NCBI RefSeq assembly: GCF_001194135.2
Contig: NC_068986.1
Location: 73,898,210-73,934,415, forward strand
DNA length: 36,206 bases
Direction of reading: 5' to 3'
Origin: Octopus bimaculoides
Lineage: Eukaryota
Part shown: in pieces, positions 32,713-36,206 of the stretch
How positions within the stretch are numbered: the stretch's first letter is position 1
How the letters are laid out: every line of letters starts with the position of its first letter
Position numbers and translations under genes: made by a program
Notes under the pieces: generated by a model
Told to the model about the DNA's origin: nothing
Database searches by the model: none
Seen by the model: the letters and a program-made list of their open reading frames with translations, nothing else

Positions 32713-34139
32713 CATACACACACACACACACATATATGTATATATATATATATATGTATGTAAAATATATTTGATATCTCTAAGTTAGATGGCTAAACCG
32801 TAACCAGTTCGACACGGGACTTTTTTTCATACGGGACTATTTGTGACGCACATGGAATGGATTTCTTTGGGGTGAGATGCCTGAACTCGCTAGCCGATGA
32901 ATTCGTAAGTGCCTTTCTTATCGTTGATTTTTGGTGTCGCATGGCCAAAAATTACCGTTAATATTTTTAGAGACACTTTCAAATTTATCAGAATATTGAG
33001 GCTGAAGATTGGAATAGTGAAATTTTCCATTCACTTAACCATGAAACGATTCGTATCCAATTAACTAAAGGCTTGGTTTGTTTACGCTTTTCCCTCCGGT
33101 TTTTTGTTCTATGTGTGCCATAAATATCGCCATCCATTTTGGAGAAAAATTTGTAGTTTGGAATCAGTAGTTCTTTGACTGCTATTTCTAAATTTTCAGT
33201 ATGTTGGAGAAGCAACTCAATTGCTAATCCCTGTATATTTATAATGATATATATGTATGTATGTATGTATTATGTATGCATATGTACGTATGTATACACA
33301 CACACACACACAAACACACACACAGAGTTTGGGAGTTCTGGTGCTGTGGAGAATGTGGTATCACTCTTTAATTTACTGTTATTCCCAGGTCCATTCTGAT
33401 TCAAAACCATAGTACTTGTCCTGTCAGGGTCCCTTCTATGGGTTAAATATATTTCCCAAGGGTAGAAGAGACTTCTGTTATTTTTGACACAACCATGGAG
33501 AAGGCAACTTTTCTCAAAGAAAAGTACTTTGACATACAACTTGCAGTGGAAATAGTAGTAGTCATCTTGCATTTCTTGTCATTGGAACCTATTTATCGAG
33601 ACAAAGAGGGTGGCAAAAAGCGTTGTACAAACTTTTATCACTTAAATCCAACGACACACAGATGTCTCAGTATCTTTTCTGCATGTAAGATGACTATCAT
33701 CTGACAAAATGAGGCAGTCATCATACACACACGCACATGCATAAATGCGCGTACATACACATTTATGTTTTTATTTATGAATTTGTTTCTACATATATAT
33801 TTGTATGCAAAGTGGACATAAATGATACGCCTGTGTTAGAATGGCGGCAGCTGATGAAGGAAAATGTTATCTGTGTGGCCTGTGTGTTTTCTGTGCTCTG
33901 GTTATTATTATTTTTTCGTCTACGTGTTGTTTGCAACGTCCTGTACCCAGATATGCACCTATATATANNNNNNNNNNGGAGAAATTATACAAAATGTATA
34001 AGTAGATGATAAGCAAAGAACTGGCACAGTTTCAATTACCTGTTGTTATCCATGGATTTATTGTAGGAACTTCATAGTGGTGGTTGTGGTAACAGTATTA
34101 ATAAAATAGATGGATGGAATGAGTAAAAGATTTTATTCA

Positions 34140-34181
34140 GTATGACACATGTTTCAACCTGTTCTTGGTCTCTTCGGGTAC
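34140..34181 (-). ncRNA. Decayed type I hammerhead ribozyme relic
   Basis: Minus strand: GTAC-CCGAAGA-GACC aagaaca GGTT-GAAA-C atgt G-TC-ATAC. Three substitutions restore a canonical GTAC-CTGAAGA-GACC..GGTC-GAAA..GTC-GTAC. Confidence 0.55.
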
Positions 34182-34214
34182 ATAAATATATACACACATC
34201 TTTTCTTTAATCTT

Positions 34215-34413
34215 TTATTTTCATCATTAGACTGCAGCCATGCTGGGCCTTAAAGAAATTTAGTCAAATGAATCAACTCCTAGACTTAATAAAAATATTT
34301 TTTTAATCATGGTACTTGTTCTACTGGTCTTTTTGTTTTAGCAAACTCCTAAGTTACGAGACTTAAGCACAAGTAGTGGTAGGGGGCAAACAAAGACACA
34401 CACATACATACAC

Positions 34414-34480
<67 letters not shown>

Positions 34481-34632
34481 ATGAGTTTTTTTCAGTTTCT
34501 GGTACCAAATCCACTCACATAACCTCTTTCCAAGGCTATGGTAGATGACATTGGCCCAAGGTGCCATGCAATGGAACCGAGTACAGAAACATGTGTTCGG
34601 AAGCAAGCTCCTTACCACACAGCCACGCTGCT
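34215..34632 (-). mobile_element. SINE family A, full length, diverged
   Basis: GACTGCAGCCATGCTGG ... (TA)n ... CCAAATCCACTCAC ... CTTACCACACAGCCAC. Confidence 0.8.
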
Positions 34633-35055
34633 CCTGTACAATCATCATCATCATTTTACATCTGCTTCCATGCTAGCATAGGTTGGGCATTTTAACAGGG
34701 TATACTAACAAGTCAGAGGACCTTATTTTGCTCTCCACTGTCACAATCATGATTTTATTTCTATTGGTGGATGCTTCTCCTTTTACCAGCAGCTTTATAA
34801 AGTTTCTGATTTAGACGTAAAACCAGCAATTTCGAATAGAAGAATAGTAGTCAATATCATTAAGCCCACTCGTAGACTACTGCTTCACTTTATAAATCCT
34901 GCATGGATGAAACCTGAAATTCATCCCAACAGGATTTGAACTCAGAATGTAAGGAGCTGGAAGAAATGTTGCAAAGCACTTTTTCTGATGCTCTGACAGT
35001 TCTGCCTGTTCACTGCCTTATGTGAACTTAAAAAATAATTATCATAATTATGATA

Positions 35056-35217
35056 GGCGCAAGAGTGGCTGTGTGGTAAGTAGCTTGCTTACCAGCCACA
35101 TGGTTCCGGGTTCAGTCCCACTGCATGGCATCTTGGGCAAGTGTCTTTTACTATAGCTTCGGGCCGACCAAAGCCTTGGAAATTGAAAGAAGCCCATCAT
35201 ATATATATATCTATATG

Positions 35218-35250
<33 letters not shown>

Positions 35251-35460
35251 TTGTGTGTCTGTGTTTGTCCCCCCCAACATTGCTTGACAACCGATGCTGG
35301 TGTGTTTATGTCCTCGTAACTTAGCGGTTCGGCATGAGACCGATAGAATAAGTACTAGGCTTACAAAGAATAAGTCCCTGGGTCGATTTGCTCAACTAAA
35401 GGTGGTGCTCCAGCATGGCCGCAGTCAAATGACTGAAACAAGTAAAGGAGTAAAGAGTAT
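35056..35460 (+). mobile_element. tRNA-derived SINE family A, full length (head, (TA/TG)n linker, 3' part)
   Basis: GGCGCAAGAGTGGCTGTGTGGTAAGTAGC...GGTTCAGTCCC head (B-box-like), microsatellite linker, 3' end GACTGAAACAAGTAAAGGAGTA. Many paralogs in the window. Confidence 0.88.
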
Positions 35461-35499
35461 AATTGTTGTTTTTGTTGTTATTCTAAAGCTTTAAATAAA

Positions 35500-35670
35500 G
35501 CAGCAAGCTGGCAGAATAGTTAGCATGGCAGACAAAGTACTCAGTGACATTTCATTCATCTTTACCTTCTTAGTTCATATTCAGCCAAGGTCTACTTTAT
35601 GAGTACCAGCTGAGTATTGGAGGTTGCTGTAATTGACTAACCCCCTCTGATAAAATTTCAGGCCTTGTAC
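35500..35670 (+). mobile_element. SINE family B, diverged
   Basis: AAGCTGGCAGAATAGTTAGC ... GAGTACCAGCTGAGTATTGG ... AAATTTCAGGCCTTGT. Confidence 0.65.
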
Positions 35671-35688
35671 TTATATATACATATTTTT

Positions 35689-36045
35689 TACTCTTACTTG
35701 TCTCAGTCAATAGAGTGCGACTATGCTGAAGTACTGCCTTGAAGAATTTTATTTGAACGAATTGATCCCAGTACTTATTTAAAGTACTTATGTAAAGCTT
35801 GGTACTTAATCTATCAGTCTCTTTTGGTGAACTGCTAAGTTATAGAGACTTAAATGCACCAACACCAGTTGTCAAACAGTGGTGGGGAACAAACATGCAC
35901 ACACACACACACACATACACATACACATGGCAGGCTTCTTTCAGTTTCCATCTACTAAATAGTAAAAGTCACTTGTCCAAGGTGCCTTGCAGTGGGACTG
36001 AACTCAGAACCATGTAGCTCAAAAGGCAAGCTTCTTACCACGCAA
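35689..36045 (-). mobile_element. SINE family A, diverged, with internal deletion
   Basis: TACTCTTACTTGTCTCAGTC ... GTTGTCAAACAGTGGTGGGG ... CCAAGGTGCCTTGCAGTGGGACTGAAC. Confidence 0.75.
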
Positions 36046-36206
36046 CAAGAAAGAAATTTTATAGCTTTAACTACATACATTCTTATACTCAAGCATATTA
36101 ATTGCAAAATGTCGTTAATGCTCTATTACACCCTCCCTCCCTCCCATACACAAACACTCTGAAAATAATGACAAATAGAAAGTAAAGTTAACTGCTTTAA
36201 TCATAT

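Overview
This is AT-rich, repeat-saturated eukaryotic genomic DNA with six N gaps. The SINE families suggest a coleoid cephalopod, most likely Octopus (inferred from family recognition; no database search was run). I can support no intact host protein-coding gene, only one or two candidate short exons. Almost every ORF in the track is a microsatellite, N-gap or antisense artefact. The interpretable content is mobile DNA. (1) A Penelope-like retroelement (PLE) at 4831-7437 has a C-terminal GIY-YIG endonuclease preceded by a CxCx5C motif (Hydra-clade-like), an inverted pseudo-LTR copy, (TA)n flanks, and a type I hammerhead ribozyme with an intact catalytic core and a very long stem II (7220-7307). 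(2) A full-length but pseudogenised Tc1-like transposon (22988-24258) has DD36E catalytic spacing (Incomer-type) and is nested in a hAT-like non-autonomous element. (3) A DD41D (rosa/Visitor-type) mariner relic is interrupted by a hAT MITE with a perfect 8-bp TSD. (4) Also present are a mariner-type MITE, an R4/Dong LINE 3' end at an (ATT)n tract, and dozens of tRNA-derived SINEs from about four families, some nested or in tandem. Unexplained structures include a loop-less 50-bp perfect palindrome (20663-20712), a pre-miRNA-like hairpin (1190-1256), several decayed hammerhead motifs, and a local 99-bp duplication.
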